NCBI GenBank assembly: GCA_043228905.1 | Contig: JBHGNT010000001.1 | Span: 4,774,001 to 4,838,000, forward strand | Length of the DNA: 64,000 bases | Reading direction: 5' to 3' | Source: Azolla caroliniana | Taxonomy: Eukaryota; Plantae; Polypodiophyta | Shown: positions 25,546 to 38,401 of the stretch, piece after piece | Layout of the letters: each line of letters begins with the position of its first letter | Position numbering within the stretch: position 1 is the first letter of the stretch | The notes under the pieces: model-generated | Database searches by the model: none | Seen by the model: only the letters and a program-made list of their open reading frames with translations | Told to the model about the DNA's origin: nothing | Program-made: the position numbers and the translations under genes

Positions 25546-28500
25546 CTAGAAAACACCAGGAGGTATGCAAGACCATCGACTCCGTTGACGTCTCATGCGC
25601 TTTCGTCGGGTCGAATCACCCCAAGAACAGTGTGCCCTCAAGAGTGCATTTGGGTCTTGTTTAACACCCTTACAGGATTTGATGCCTTGTGGCTTGTCAA
25701 TGTTCTTTATCGGTTCGGATTCCCATCCCTCTTCTTTGAGCAAGTCATCGCCTCTATTTATACTATCTCTAGTTGATTTAACAAGCCCCTCAATGATTTG
25801 AAGATCCTCAATAACCTCTTGGCGTGAGAGGCACGACGCGCTAAGAAGCACATCTCTTTGGAAATCCTTATTTGCTTTCCCTCGCCTCGCAGATCTCCGT
25901 CGAATATTCGGAATTGGATTTGGTTCTTCCTCTACAAGATTGTTGCATCTCTTGGCTTGATGAATGCTTAAATCTGATGGCATGTCATTGAAGTTCAGTG
26001 GCTTTAGCATTAAGACCGCTGACTCAAATGGATCTAGCATTCTGCCTCCTTGTTCATCAAGACCATAGTTTTCCTCTTGAGGATTGGAAAAAAAGTCCTT
26101 TCGAGGAATGATATGGTCTTCCTCTTGAGGAATGATATAGTCTTCCTCTTGAGGAATGATGTCAGCTAGCCATTTTAAAGATCTTTCCTGGTCACCAAGC
26201 GTATTGGAATCTTTGGTAACAGCTGACGACTGAATATCTGATCCTAACCATAGCAAGAGCTGGGCAGCTTCAGTAACGTCATGCCCATTTGAAAGCATGC
26301 CAACATCATTCACATTCACAACTACAGATTCCTCATTTAAGTCAAATGAAAAAGCAACCGGAGAGGAGCACCTGAGCCTTAGAGATTCGGAACCATTGTT
26401 TTTTGCCATTTTACATGCATCTTCACAAAGCATTCCGACAATATTGTCCGGTTTCACATTTGGGCTTGACTCTCCACCACTCTGTTCCCCACTTATAGAT
26501 ATTGGAGCAATCATTACATGGCTATCAATACTTGTCAATCCCGAAACATCCGAGCTTTTTACACCTCCACAATGGCCACTCCCGTCATCGCTCCCAGAGT
26601 CGAGAAATTCGACATTTTGTGCTTTTCCAGAACAATCTAAAAAGGTATCACCATCCACAGTAGAGCTTCTTTCTTGCCCATCTTGATAAGAAGTGTTGGT
26701 ACCATATCTAGCATGCCATCCAGAGTTTTCAATAGGTATACTTACTACACTTTCCTCTTCTGGAAGTCCATTGCTCGGAACATTTAAGTCAAAACTGAAT
26801 TTGGTTGTGTTCATATCATCAATTAAATCAATCTTGTGAATTGATTTTACATTCGATACAATAGAGACAGTCTCTCCCTTTGGGGGAGACTGAGACTGAA
26901 GATTAACAGATGAGGCCTGTGGTGGAAGTTGAAAAATGTTATCAGGCTTCAAAGTTTGCTGCGTTGTTGATGACAGTGATGATGAGTAAACCTTTGGTAG
27001 CAACCATGTAGGCTTTCTTAAGAATTTATCTGATTCCATCGGGTTCAGACAAGAGTACTTAGTAGCACATCCTCCAAATGTTGTATTGTGTGTGTTCACA
27101 CATTGTAAAGGAGAAATTGGGTGAGATTGATCTGCGTGTTCTACCTCTAAAGGTACCTGTAGAAGCATGGAGAACAGGATGATGTGAGAAGTCATTATCC
27201 TATTATAAACAGACACGTAACCTTAAGTAGTCATGAATGTGTTGACACATACATGCTTGCTATTTCTGGCCTATAATGTGCAAATAGACATCAGGTTTCA
27301 TGGTATATAACGGGCCAAATGCCCTTATATGTGCTCTCTTCCCCTTTGGTTATCACATCTATCATGTGTGGCATTAACTAAACTAGAGTGCATGCATACA
27401 CTGGAGGTTCAATCACTTATTATGTGTGATTGCAAGATCTTAATTCAGGCCTTCCACACTAGCAAAGACACTTCATACACCAGGACACATCAGTCTAGAC
27501 AAATGTCTCTACAAATTTGATGCAGACGCAAACAATGTGTGGGAAACATGGATAAGAGCAAAACAATCACCTTAAGGAGCCAATGTGGTAATTTTGAGGT
27601 TCCTTGAGTATCCCTGCTAGATTCTTGGCCTAAAAGATGTGTGATTGGTTCCTCTTCAAAAGTTCTCTTTACACCCGTTAGGGATCTATTCAAAGAAGTA
27701 GAGATAAAATCAGAAGGAATATGTGGAGATGATGTTTCCCGTGAAACAAAGGAAGACTCCTGGAAAGAATTATTCATGGATCCTGCTTGGGGGAAAAGGA
27801 AGTTAACTTGTCTATAATGCTCTTGCATCCAGCAATTTGTGTTGTCCGTGATGCTCTCATTGACTGTAGTGTCCACTCTCACAGTGCCTGAAACCGACCT
27901 AAACGACTTCTGCTCCTCAATGTCCTCTTCACACTCTTCAGCAGGGCACTCCAAATCAACTACAGTTCGCCTCATTGTGGTATCAGTGGGAAATTTGGTG
28001 TAGTTTTCTTCTTTCAATGGCTTGTTTATATCAACCCAGCCCAAAAATGAAGGCAGCATTGTATGCATAGTATCGGCCTTGTAACCAAGATTAGCATCAA
28101 GAAGGGTATTTTCTCTAGGGATACCAGGATCATTATATGACAATGAGCTACTCGAAACTGGATGATGATGATGATGATGGACAGCCCAATCCACCATTAA
28201 GGACCTTTGAACTTGATAGAGACGATGGAGCTCATGAAGCTGCACAAACAAAAGAAAAAAATATTTGCATTGAAAAATGAGGATTTGGAAACAAAAAGAA
28301 ATGTAAGGAAAAATAGAACTCACCTGTTCTTTAAATGTAGACTCGTGCTCCATCATGGTCTGCTTCAACTGTGCCATATCATGTCCAAAAATATTTCCGG
28401 GTGTAGACACATGGCTTGATGTAGATGTTAACAATGTCAGCTTTGATTCTGCATGTCCGGGTGTAAATATCTCCCTATGTACAACATCATGCCCAACATA

Positions 28501-29310
28501 ATGTCCAGATGTGAACATCTCACTTGATTTGGGTGGCAACTTCCGATGAGCCACGTCATAGTCAATGTGATGTTCATGTATGGACATATCACTTGATTTA
28601 GTCACTACCATGGTTGGCTTCAATTGCCCAACATCTTGCCCAAAAAGATGTACAGGAGTGGACAAATTGCTTGATATGGGCAGCACCATTGTTTGATTAG
28701 ATTGTGCCATATCTTGCCCACAATGGTATCCAGGTGTAGACAAATCACCTGATTTGGGGAGAATCATATTCTGCTTCAATTCTGCCAAATCATGCCCAAA
28801 ATCGCATCCATGCATGGACATATCACTTGATCCAGGTGCCACCGTGGTCTTCTTTGCTTGTGACATGTCATGCCCAAGATTATCTACAAGTCTGTACCTG
28901 TTGCTTGATTCGGGCACTATCGTGCTGTCAGTCATAGAAGAGACATCAGGTACACCTTTAAGCACAGAGTCGTGCTCAACTATGGTACCTTTCAATTGTG
29001 GCACCACATCATACCCGAGATTATTTACAGTTGTTGTGAACATATTACTTGATTTGCCTAAGACTGCAGTCTTCTTCACATCTGCCACATCATGCCCAAG
29101 ATGACGGCCAGGTGTGAATACGTTGCTTGATTTAGGCATAGAAGGGAAAGCATGAAGGTCTTCAGTCTTAGCCTCTGGTATAGCCATGCTTTCATAGGAG
29201 GGCAAAGCAAAAGCTTCATATGCTTTTGTTTGTGTGTATGATTTTGTTCGTTTGCTAGAAAGTAAAGCCAGTGATCTCTTATCACACTTCATGTTTGCTC
29301 CCATAATCAT
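25546..29310 (-). CDS. DUF863-family plant protein, ~1088 aa, 3 exons
   Basis: Exons 29310-28324, 28239-27571 and 27156-25546, GT-AG, phase 0. Family motifs LKQTMMEHESTFKEQ|LHELHRLYQVQ, DLECPAEE, FDLN x2, AAQLL, LKWLADII, DPFESAVLMLK, RRGKANKDFQRDVL...LSRQEVIEDLQIIEGL and WGDSTRRKR. Confidence 0.88.
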
Positions 29311-30419
29311 GACATCTCTATGTACTTAACCTAAGATAACACAGACAGGTATATAAAGAGGGACAGAGAGAGATGGTGAGAAAAAGAGACCCTACAATGA
29401 ACTCTAATTCATATGAGCATAAGACGCTTGCATGAATCAAATGAAAACCCTTTTGCTATTCTTTTTCAGAAAAAAAAAAAATCTTCTCCTTGAGAGAGAA
29501 AATCTTAGCAGAATTCCCCTGCTTCCGAGATGTAACCTTAACAAAAGATGATCTGCTTCTGGAGAGGTCAAACCCTAGGAAAGCATAGTTCGTCCAGAGA
29601 GATTACAGACGATACCTTAGCAGAATCTTATGATTCTTGAGAAAGAATTTAAGTCAAGCAGAATCTGCTGATACTTGACAGAGAGGAAGTAACCCGAAGA
29701 AGAATCCCCTGCTTCTTGGAAAAGAGAAAGAAAACCGTAGTACAGAAGATCACCTCGCAACTAGAACACACAAGAAAACAACAAAGTTGCTCTTCTTCTC
29801 AGTAAAATCCATGTAATCGTACAGAATTTCCACATAAGAATCTGATTCTTGGGAGAGGCGGATGTGTGAGAGAATCCTAAAACATCAGGTAGACCCACTG
29901 CTACAAAAAGCGAAAAGCGAAATTGATCTCCTTCAATCCTCAATAAAATCTATGGAATCACACAAAATCCCCTTGGCCCTGATCTTGACAAAGAAACCCC
30001 AGAGAGAGAGAGAGAGATACCTAGAAAAAAGCAGATCGAGGCAGTATTAGGAAACACAAGAAGAAAAATGTTTCCGCTTCATTTCTTAGGGAAGCATATG
30101 GAATCTGGCAGGTTAGTGATTACACTGCGTGATTAAGAATGATTGACAGAGCCATCAAGCAAGCAAAAGAAAGTAAGGGGTCAAAGGGAGGATGATGATG
30201 GATATGGTGAGAGGAGGAAGGGGGGGGGGGGGGAGGAGGAGACAGAGTCAGAGATAGTCTAGAGAGAAACAGAGCAAGAGATACTCTGTTCTGTTCGACA
30301 GAGGAACTACACTCAGAGAGCATGAGAGAGAGACAGAGGATATCATCGAAAACAGACAGACAGAGAGAGAGAGAGAGAGAGAGGCTCAATGGACTCCAGG
30401 AGAATGGAGAGACCCTTAC

Positions 30420-30930
30420 CATGTATGACTATGTATGTATGTATGTCTATGTTTGCATGTATGTAGGTATGTATGTAGGTATGTATGTAGGTATGTATGT
30501 AGGTATGTATGTATGTATGTATGTATGTATGTATGTATGTATGTATGTCTATGTATGCATGCATACATACATACATACATACATATGTATGTATGTATGT
30601 ATGTATGTCTATGTATGCATGTATGTATGTATGTATGTATGTATGTATGTATGTATGTATGTCTATGTATGTATGTATGTATGTCTATGTATGTATGCAT
30701 GTATGTATGTATGTATGTATGTCTATGTATGTCTATGTATGTATGTATGTATGTCTATGTATGTATGCATGTATGTATGTATGTATGTATGTATGTCTAT
30801 GTATGTATGTCTATGTATGTATGTTTGTATGTATGTATGAATGTGTGTGTGTGTGTGTATGTATTTATGTATGTAAAACTTAAGTATGCATGTATGTGTG
30901 TGTGTATGCATGTATGCATGTATGTATGTG
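30420..30930. repeat. ~500-bp (TATG)n microsatellite with TCTATG/GCATG variants and an inverted (CATA)n block
   Basis: Direct reading of the sequence. It generates the spurious MYVC/HTYI ORFs. Confidence 0.97.
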
Positions 30931-32814
30931 ATGACGATGGTGATGGTGATGGTGATGACTCTCTTGATTGGATTCGATATGCTTCCTTTGAAGAATCCCA
31001 TGGGACCAACCCCTTACCCCCACCATTAGATTTAGCATTCTCCCAAAACAAGGCAAAAGTCTCACTTGTTTCTCCTCTAGGGATGTCCCTTCTAAAATTA
31101 AAGCATTGGCAATCCCTACTTTAGAGTGTCTAGTAGTGAGGAAGGATCCTATGGCACGCAAGGTTTCCTTTTTTTTGAAACCCCACTAAAAATGTTGTAA
31201 GAATAAAAGCAGCCCCTCCAACGACAATGCGAACCCACTAAAAAAGTCAAGTTCTTTTTCGGCCTTCGTACAAGTTTTTGACCATCAAACATGAACCCAA
31301 TTTCTCCATTGACCCCCATTCCTCCAACAGTCACACATAACCCTTATATTATCGAGCTCTAGCTCTAGCTCTAGCTCCATAAGCATAAAACCATTCAAAA
31401 GGAGGCAGCACTTTTCCCAATTAACAAATGCCCAAAGTTGTTGTATAATAACGCAAAAGGCTTTCACAGTTCAGCTAGTATCCTCCTCAACCATTGTACA
31501 AAGAAAAAATCAGTCCCCATGTGGAACGTGGTCATGTTTTGAAATCGGCATCAAAGGCAACCTCCTCACCATTTTCTACCAAAGAAATACATTCCCTGGA
31601 ATGGAACATGAGATTGTCATCTTGCATCCAACACTAAATGCTAATATTATGTACATAGGATAATGTGCCTTATACCTAATACCTTTACTACTAACAAACC
31701 TCTATCTTCAATCGTTGGTGTGCATCAAATGTTTTGTTATCAAATAAACAATATTTCCATCATTGATATGCCACCAATTCTAGGAATATGATATAGAAAA
31801 TGATCGCCAAATAATCATATCCAAGGGATATATGAAACATGGTTTGCATTGTCCTAAATGTCATGATGTGCTTCATTACTACTGTAAAGTAGAATTTTGC
31901 GTAGTTACCAAGCCAAACTTGAGACTTTCTTTTCCATTGTAATTCCTTTTAGTGGCATCGCCCAAAAAAGACCATATACACAAATGGTATGTCTAATGAG
32001 AGAACACTATAGCACGTATCATCTCTTGTCAAGACCAACAACTTATCACTTACTATTGGACATTGATCACCCTAGATCAACCCATTACAATAAGCAACAT
32101 GAGACACATTTATAACATGTGCATTCTCTCTCAAAATCAGCAAGTGATGAAGGCTTCTACTAAATTATTACTGTTATTTTGAGTGGTGTGATCTTGAACA
32201 GGACAACCTTGATGGATAAACATGAGCCAATTGAATCACCAGCATGAGAGTTAGACATATTCTTTGGTAAAGAGTATTTCTTTATACTACACTCACAAAG
32301 ATCATTGTCAAACTTAAAGGAAATTGGAAGGTTTGCATCAAAGGTCCATCATGTATTTCTTCTCGAAACCATTTATTATTGGCATAACCTTAAGGTCTGA
32401 TTATACAACCAATTATACTAGTTTTAGGGTATGCTAAGTGGGAAATTAGTTATCTTAGGACATGGGAGAAACCCATAACAACCTATGAGAAGTGGTGGGT
32501 TGGGATCCTAAGGTGTTTGCTTGTATAATGGGAACTAATTACACCCTTTTTTTCCTCATTTTTGCCCTAAAGAGATACACCTTGGTATTATAAAATCATA
32601 AGAAATACAAAAGTTGTGTTGGATAAAGGAGTATACCAACCAACTCCATTGTGCTCACATCATAGTGGATTTGATGTGTATATACAAGAACTACACATAT
32701 TTGTACACCATATCTCCAATATTTTTATGTTCTACTCCTCCCAAATTGCAAATGAGCATGCAATGTAACCTATACCACCGAAATCTGTAGCAACAAAATC
32801 CATAAATAAAGTTA

Positions 32815-33225
32815 GTAGGCATTGTTTCCCAAAATGACAGGAACAATATACATCCATATTATGTGATCTCTATCTTCCCTAAAAATGAGCATTGAATCCC
32901 ATAACCTTTTAAAATGCATTTGCTTCCGGAAATCAACATTTGCATTGCCTATAAAACTTTCGTATTGACCACGTAATGCATGAATAAGTAACAACCAGAA
33001 TTCAGCAATTAAAACAAAAACATCATGAGTGATGTAGTAAAAACCTGATGTACATCGCGTGCCTTCCAAATTATCCACATGAGAATAGATTAAATTGTCT
33101 TCCAAATAATATCATCCCTAATTACACCCTTCATTACGGCATCTTGAGATATTGTCCAAAATATTGAAGCAAGGGGTTTGCCATAATGAGAGTGATTTCA
33201 AGTTGTGGATACCTTGAGTTTAAAA
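32815..33225 (-). mobile_element. Dispersed LINE-3'-end-derived repeat, inverted copy of 44997-45378
   Basis: The reverse complement aligns to 45000-45375 (AAACTCAAGGTATCCACAACTTGAAATCAC...LLIHALRGQYESF...HIIWMY). Confidence 0.85.
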
Positions 33226-36200
33226 AGAAGACCTCTTTTAAGTACGCCAACTATGCCTTAAATCAAAATATTTAAGAAAATTGAAGACAATGGTATTATT
33301 CAATTTAGTAGAATTGCCACTAAAATGGATATAAAATTCTCACATTCTTCTAATGGCAAATGCTCAAATAGAGATGAAAACAACATCTAATTCATTGCAC
33401 ACTAGTGACTAAACCATGGAATTTTCTCTTGGCTACAAAACACAATAGAAAATAATATGCAATAATCTAAACATGGGTTTCCATATTCAAACTTAACTTT
33501 ATATGTGATTTTGACACCCTCATTGAATGTCCCATGATCCATCTAAATCCATGTTCTCGAGTCACTTTTCTAACATCTTCATGAAATTATACATCTTTAT
33601 AATGTCTTATTGCATGAAACTCTTCCGTTGTCATCATTGTCAAGTCACCCATCAAATTTAGGTTCATATGCAACGACATTCAAGCTTCACAAGCATAGTT
33701 GGATCAACATATCTATTTCCCAAATTCAATTGCCCCTTCTTGTGCATTTGTTGTTCTCACGGTCTAATAATCCATACAAAATTTGGTGGTTATTTATAAC
33801 TTTATTTTAACATTGATAGTGAGATGCATGGAGAAAGATGGAATTTTATAACTTATAAGCATACTTCTTGATGTGTCATGAAAAATTAAGATCCAACATA
33901 CAATTTGAATCGCCAAATTATTTAGCTTGAACATTACTTATCCAATTAAGGCTATACTAGCTTGTGGGAGAACAATATTAGTATTGATAGTAAATATTAT
34001 AAGAGAAGGGATCATTTTTAAGTGAAGTAAAAGCAAACAAATGTTTATGCAAGAGAGACCATATATATAAATCATATCAATTTTCTAAAGTCAATGTTGT
34101 AACAAATAAAAGATCAAAACTTGTGTCCTCCAACATAGAGTTACGAGTAAACAACTAATTAGGCTACAACTTTGGCATGTAGATTTTTTTCTCATTCAAG
34201 TTCTATAGTTATTCTCTTTGTCAACGACATGGGACAGTGTGATAACGTCCCAACAAGTAGATCTAATCATACCAAAATACTAAAATATAATTGGAGATCC
34301 AAAGGTTCATGATAATTACAAGGACATTATTCTTGGCACACTTTAGCCAAAAATACACATATAAATATTGGAGCATGACCTAAGTGAATGGTTTCAATAA
34401 GAAGGAACAATATCCAAATGGTAAGTTTTATTTCAAAAAAGGTCTACTATTATAGGTCATATCTTCAAACTAAGGGCAATTACAACGAAAACTTTGGCTA
34501 CATATTTTTTTGTAAGGCATTTGACACAATGTATCATTGCAATACAAGAGAATACGCATGAACAATTAGCTCAAGCATTGGGGTGAGTTTCTAAATGGGT
34601 TGAAAACTTAGTTTCTTGTTTTTCATGGAGGTATGCCTCATCTTCGTTACACTCTAATACTATACAATTTATCAAGGGCACCCTTTGTGAGCCTTATTTG
34701 CTCATGAATTCTTTTGTTTCCATTATCTTATTATACCATAATTCCTTTGATACTATCATTGTAGTTTCGGTGCTATTCGTCGACTTAAACTGCCTACTTG
34801 TATTCCTATCTCCAAGGGCATGACCAAGAGTAGGTTCCTAACTATCTTTTCCTACAAGGCGATATGGGACAATGCGATCATAGCATCAAACCCGACAAGT
34901 GGCTCCTTGTTGAGTTATTAGGCCTTGGGGTTGTGTATGTAGAGATGTGTTGGGTTTATTGAAGTTAGGGGTTTGTGTGCTCATAATGCAATTCTAGTAC
35001 CAAACCTCTAGGGGGTTCTATATCAAAGAACTTTAGGGGTGCAAATAAGCCATATTGAAATATTCAGCACTCCCACTGCCATTGGAGGAGTGATTTAACT
35101 TATGTGCTTGAATTGGTTATTGCCAAAGGTCGCATGTTGTTGTTCATGTCCTTATTAAGCCCAAGAGTATTTGTTGCAGAAATAATGTTCTTACTAGTAT
35201 GTAAAGATATTAAAGTTCTAAATTCAAATCTTTTTGTCTTCTTAGATAAAGGATTTCACGCCAAAACACAAATCTTCACATGAGCAATTTATATTACAAA
35301 TAACCTTATACGAATGAACCAAGAGCATGCTAATAGGCATTATCTTCTAAATTTGATGAGTGTGTGACAAATAAAATAAACCTTTATCAAAGGCTACATA
35401 TCATACAAGACATCAGGGTTTCTCTTTGTATTGTTTCAACTATACAAAACAATTAAGGTCAATATCTACGTTTTTCGCAATAAACCAATAAACTAACACT
35501 CACAAAAGAGAGTGTTTATTTTCATAGACACCTACAATATGGACATCATACTTTATTCTTCATGGATAAATTTTTTTAGAGTATAGTTTTGGGAATTTTC
35601 CTTTCGTTTGGGTCGCAAATGGTGCACTTAATATGGAAACTTGAGTGACTTGGTTGGTTATCTACCCCTAACACATAAATGTTCACATACATTGTTTTGT
35701 TTATCTTTTTCTTATCCTAACTTTATTTTACTTTGAGTAAAACCCTTTTTTTTATTGGATAACACCTACCTTCTTGTTTGGTCTCTCCTTTCTAAGCTTT
35801 CATATGCATAACTCTCACTCCATGTATCTCCTTACATTTTTCTTCTCAGTACTCGGAGGTTACACACACATGTACATTTTTCATCTTGTCGGTTGGTTTT
35901 GGTCTCTTACTAGGCATAAACCCATCATTCTCTCTCTCTCTAGGGGCCGCATACCTACATGCCTTTTGTATGCTTCTAGAATATAGATATTTTTAATGAA
36001 AGATTCAACAATGATGATGGTTGAAGTCAAGTGGACAAAATGTTAGTGTTTGTACTCCGTCAATGTTTTACGTACCTCAAATTTGTTGTTATATTGGGTA
36101 AAGTGCATAGGCTTAAAAAGTGTGAGGTTGAATGTTAAAAAATAATTCGAGGACTTGCCGAATCTTTCTTTATGTGAGAAGCTTAAACTCTCTTTTTCCC

Positions 36201-36723
36201 ATTTACATTCCTTTTTCAGTACTAGTCATGCTATAAAATCTCTCTCTCTCTCTCTCTATTTGTTGTCTCCATATCCCAATTCCAACATGATTGCCTTGAA
36301 GGTTTGAAGTTCACAATTTTAAGTTCAAAGGATATGATGTCAATCACTCTTACATGTGGGTGTTTGTCATTGTAATAATTTATTCTACAAATGACTTTCT
36401 TTTTTATATTGTAACCCGCCTAATTGAATGCTTAGATTATCAATTAGAGTATTTGAACATGTGGATTATAACTTCTTTATAATTTGTTCTCCTACATATA
36501 ATTTTCTTGGACAACTTTTCTTTGTACTACATTCATGTGTGCAACGAAAAACAAAAAGGGGTCTAGACTCTAGACAAGAAGAAATACATAGCAAGGTTTT
36601 CGTGAGGTGCATTTGAAGGTAAAAAGAGTATCTCTCCATTCATCTCGCAAAACCAAGCATTCATAGTCGGAAAAAAAACTAAGGTTCTTCCATTTCAATA
36701 AGTTCTCACATAAACATTAGGCC

Positions 36724-36725
<2 letters not shown>

Positions 36726-36759
<34 letters not shown>
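36726..36759. repeat. (CT)n microsatellite
   Basis: Visible run. Confidence 0.95.
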
Positions 36760-36762
<3 letters not shown>

Positions 36763-38139
36763 TTTCTTGGTACAAATCCATACGATCACCTTTAATACAA
36801 CCCCAAGAGGATGGGGCCACAATTTGTGATCCCTCTTTATCACATGCATCACAAGATCAATTCATTTATGTTGAAATTGTGTGAATAAATGCACCTTTTT
36901 TGTATTGATATATGTACTTATGTATGCTTACTTTATGTACATAACAAGGAGCTTGAATATGCAATGAAGGAGAAATCATATGTTTGGTTCTAAAGAAATA
37001 CATATTTAGCATGTTAAAGAAATCATTGCTTCTCAATGGGAATGAAGGATGGGGTCAAAAATCTTCAAGTCCACTTCGAACGCAAATACCCAAAATGACG
37101 AATTTGATTGCATGAAGATTTTGGAAATGTCAATTTTGTTAGTAAGAAATTGATAGGAACTAGAAAATGCAACCAATGGAAGTTTATGAACTTGATCTTG
37201 CACATGTTTTGCATATGTCAATCATGTTGGCAAGAAAAGGCCCTTTGTGCTCAAGAGTCAAGACTCTTGATAGACGAAGTATTTCATACACTATCCATGT
37301 TATTATGAATTGAAAACATGATTAACATGAAAGATCTATGTTGCTCATGCTTACTCTATGTTTACTTAGATAATATTGATTGGTTATCACATAGATTATA
37401 TGGTAAATCTTGTAATATAATTATATTTATAGCGCATATATCAAACAAGATTATTTTATGTGTAATAGGTGAAATACGACAATATGCATTAAATATATTT
37501 ATATATAATATAAAAGGTGACACTCAATAGGTATACTTGCAACAATTGATGTTTCATGCCACGTGGGACAAGTATATATGTATTCTAAGGTAGTATTTTG
37601 ATAAGGTGGAGTGGTTTTAGTCTACTCCGAAACATATATCTGTCTTGATACATAGAACAAAAAAATGGAGGTAGTTAACATGTATGTAAAGTAATTTCTC
37701 GTATCACATTGGGACGTTTCTTAATACTAATGTAGTATCTTTCTTCATATATATATGGACTCTTAACATGCGGTAGTTATCTCTTGTGTATTCTTGTTTT
37801 CAATATTTCAATTAAAAACTCAATAATTCAATAATATTAACAATTAGTAACCTCTTTAAGTGCACACAACTGATGTTCTATTAGTAATTACCATGATATT
37901 AATTGATTGTAACGTCATCCTATGACTGTCGTTGAGAAAGAGTACACAAATAAGTAAAGGTGTTCAATGTAGGCCCTACAAAGTAAAAACCTAGTTGGTG
38001 TTTTTATTTTTATAAATGTGTGCGGGAGACCAAAATTATAATTGAAAATTTGAAAGTGCACACTGAGGTTGTGTTGTGAGAGGAATGTGTGTAGGGAATT
38101 GACCAGATTCACAATGTTTGGAAAGCAAATGCCATGAAC

Positions 38140-38401
38140 GCACCACATTGTATCAAAGTGTGATGTTTTGCCTCCAAACTTGTTCAAAGTCAAAATATGT
38201 ATAATTGATTAATCTCCTCACTTGTGCCCTAACATTGCATATCAGATTGAAGGAAATGTGACCTGAGACGCACCACATTGTATAAGAGTGTGATACTCTT
38301 TGCCTTCCAAACTTGTCCAGGTCATAATATGCATAATTGATGAATCACCTAACTTGTGCCCTAACATCCCATCTGACATCGAAGAAAATATAATTTGAGA
38401 C
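38140..38401. repeat. Diverged ~130-bp tandem duplication
   Basis: GCACCACATTGTAT...GTGTGAT...CCAAACTTGT...ACTTGTGCCCTAACAT...TGAGAC at 38140 and 38270. Confidence 0.8.

Noticed and set aside
30322-31161. Long ORFs of MYVC/HTYI repeats
   Set aside because: Translation artefacts of the (TATG)n microsatellite.
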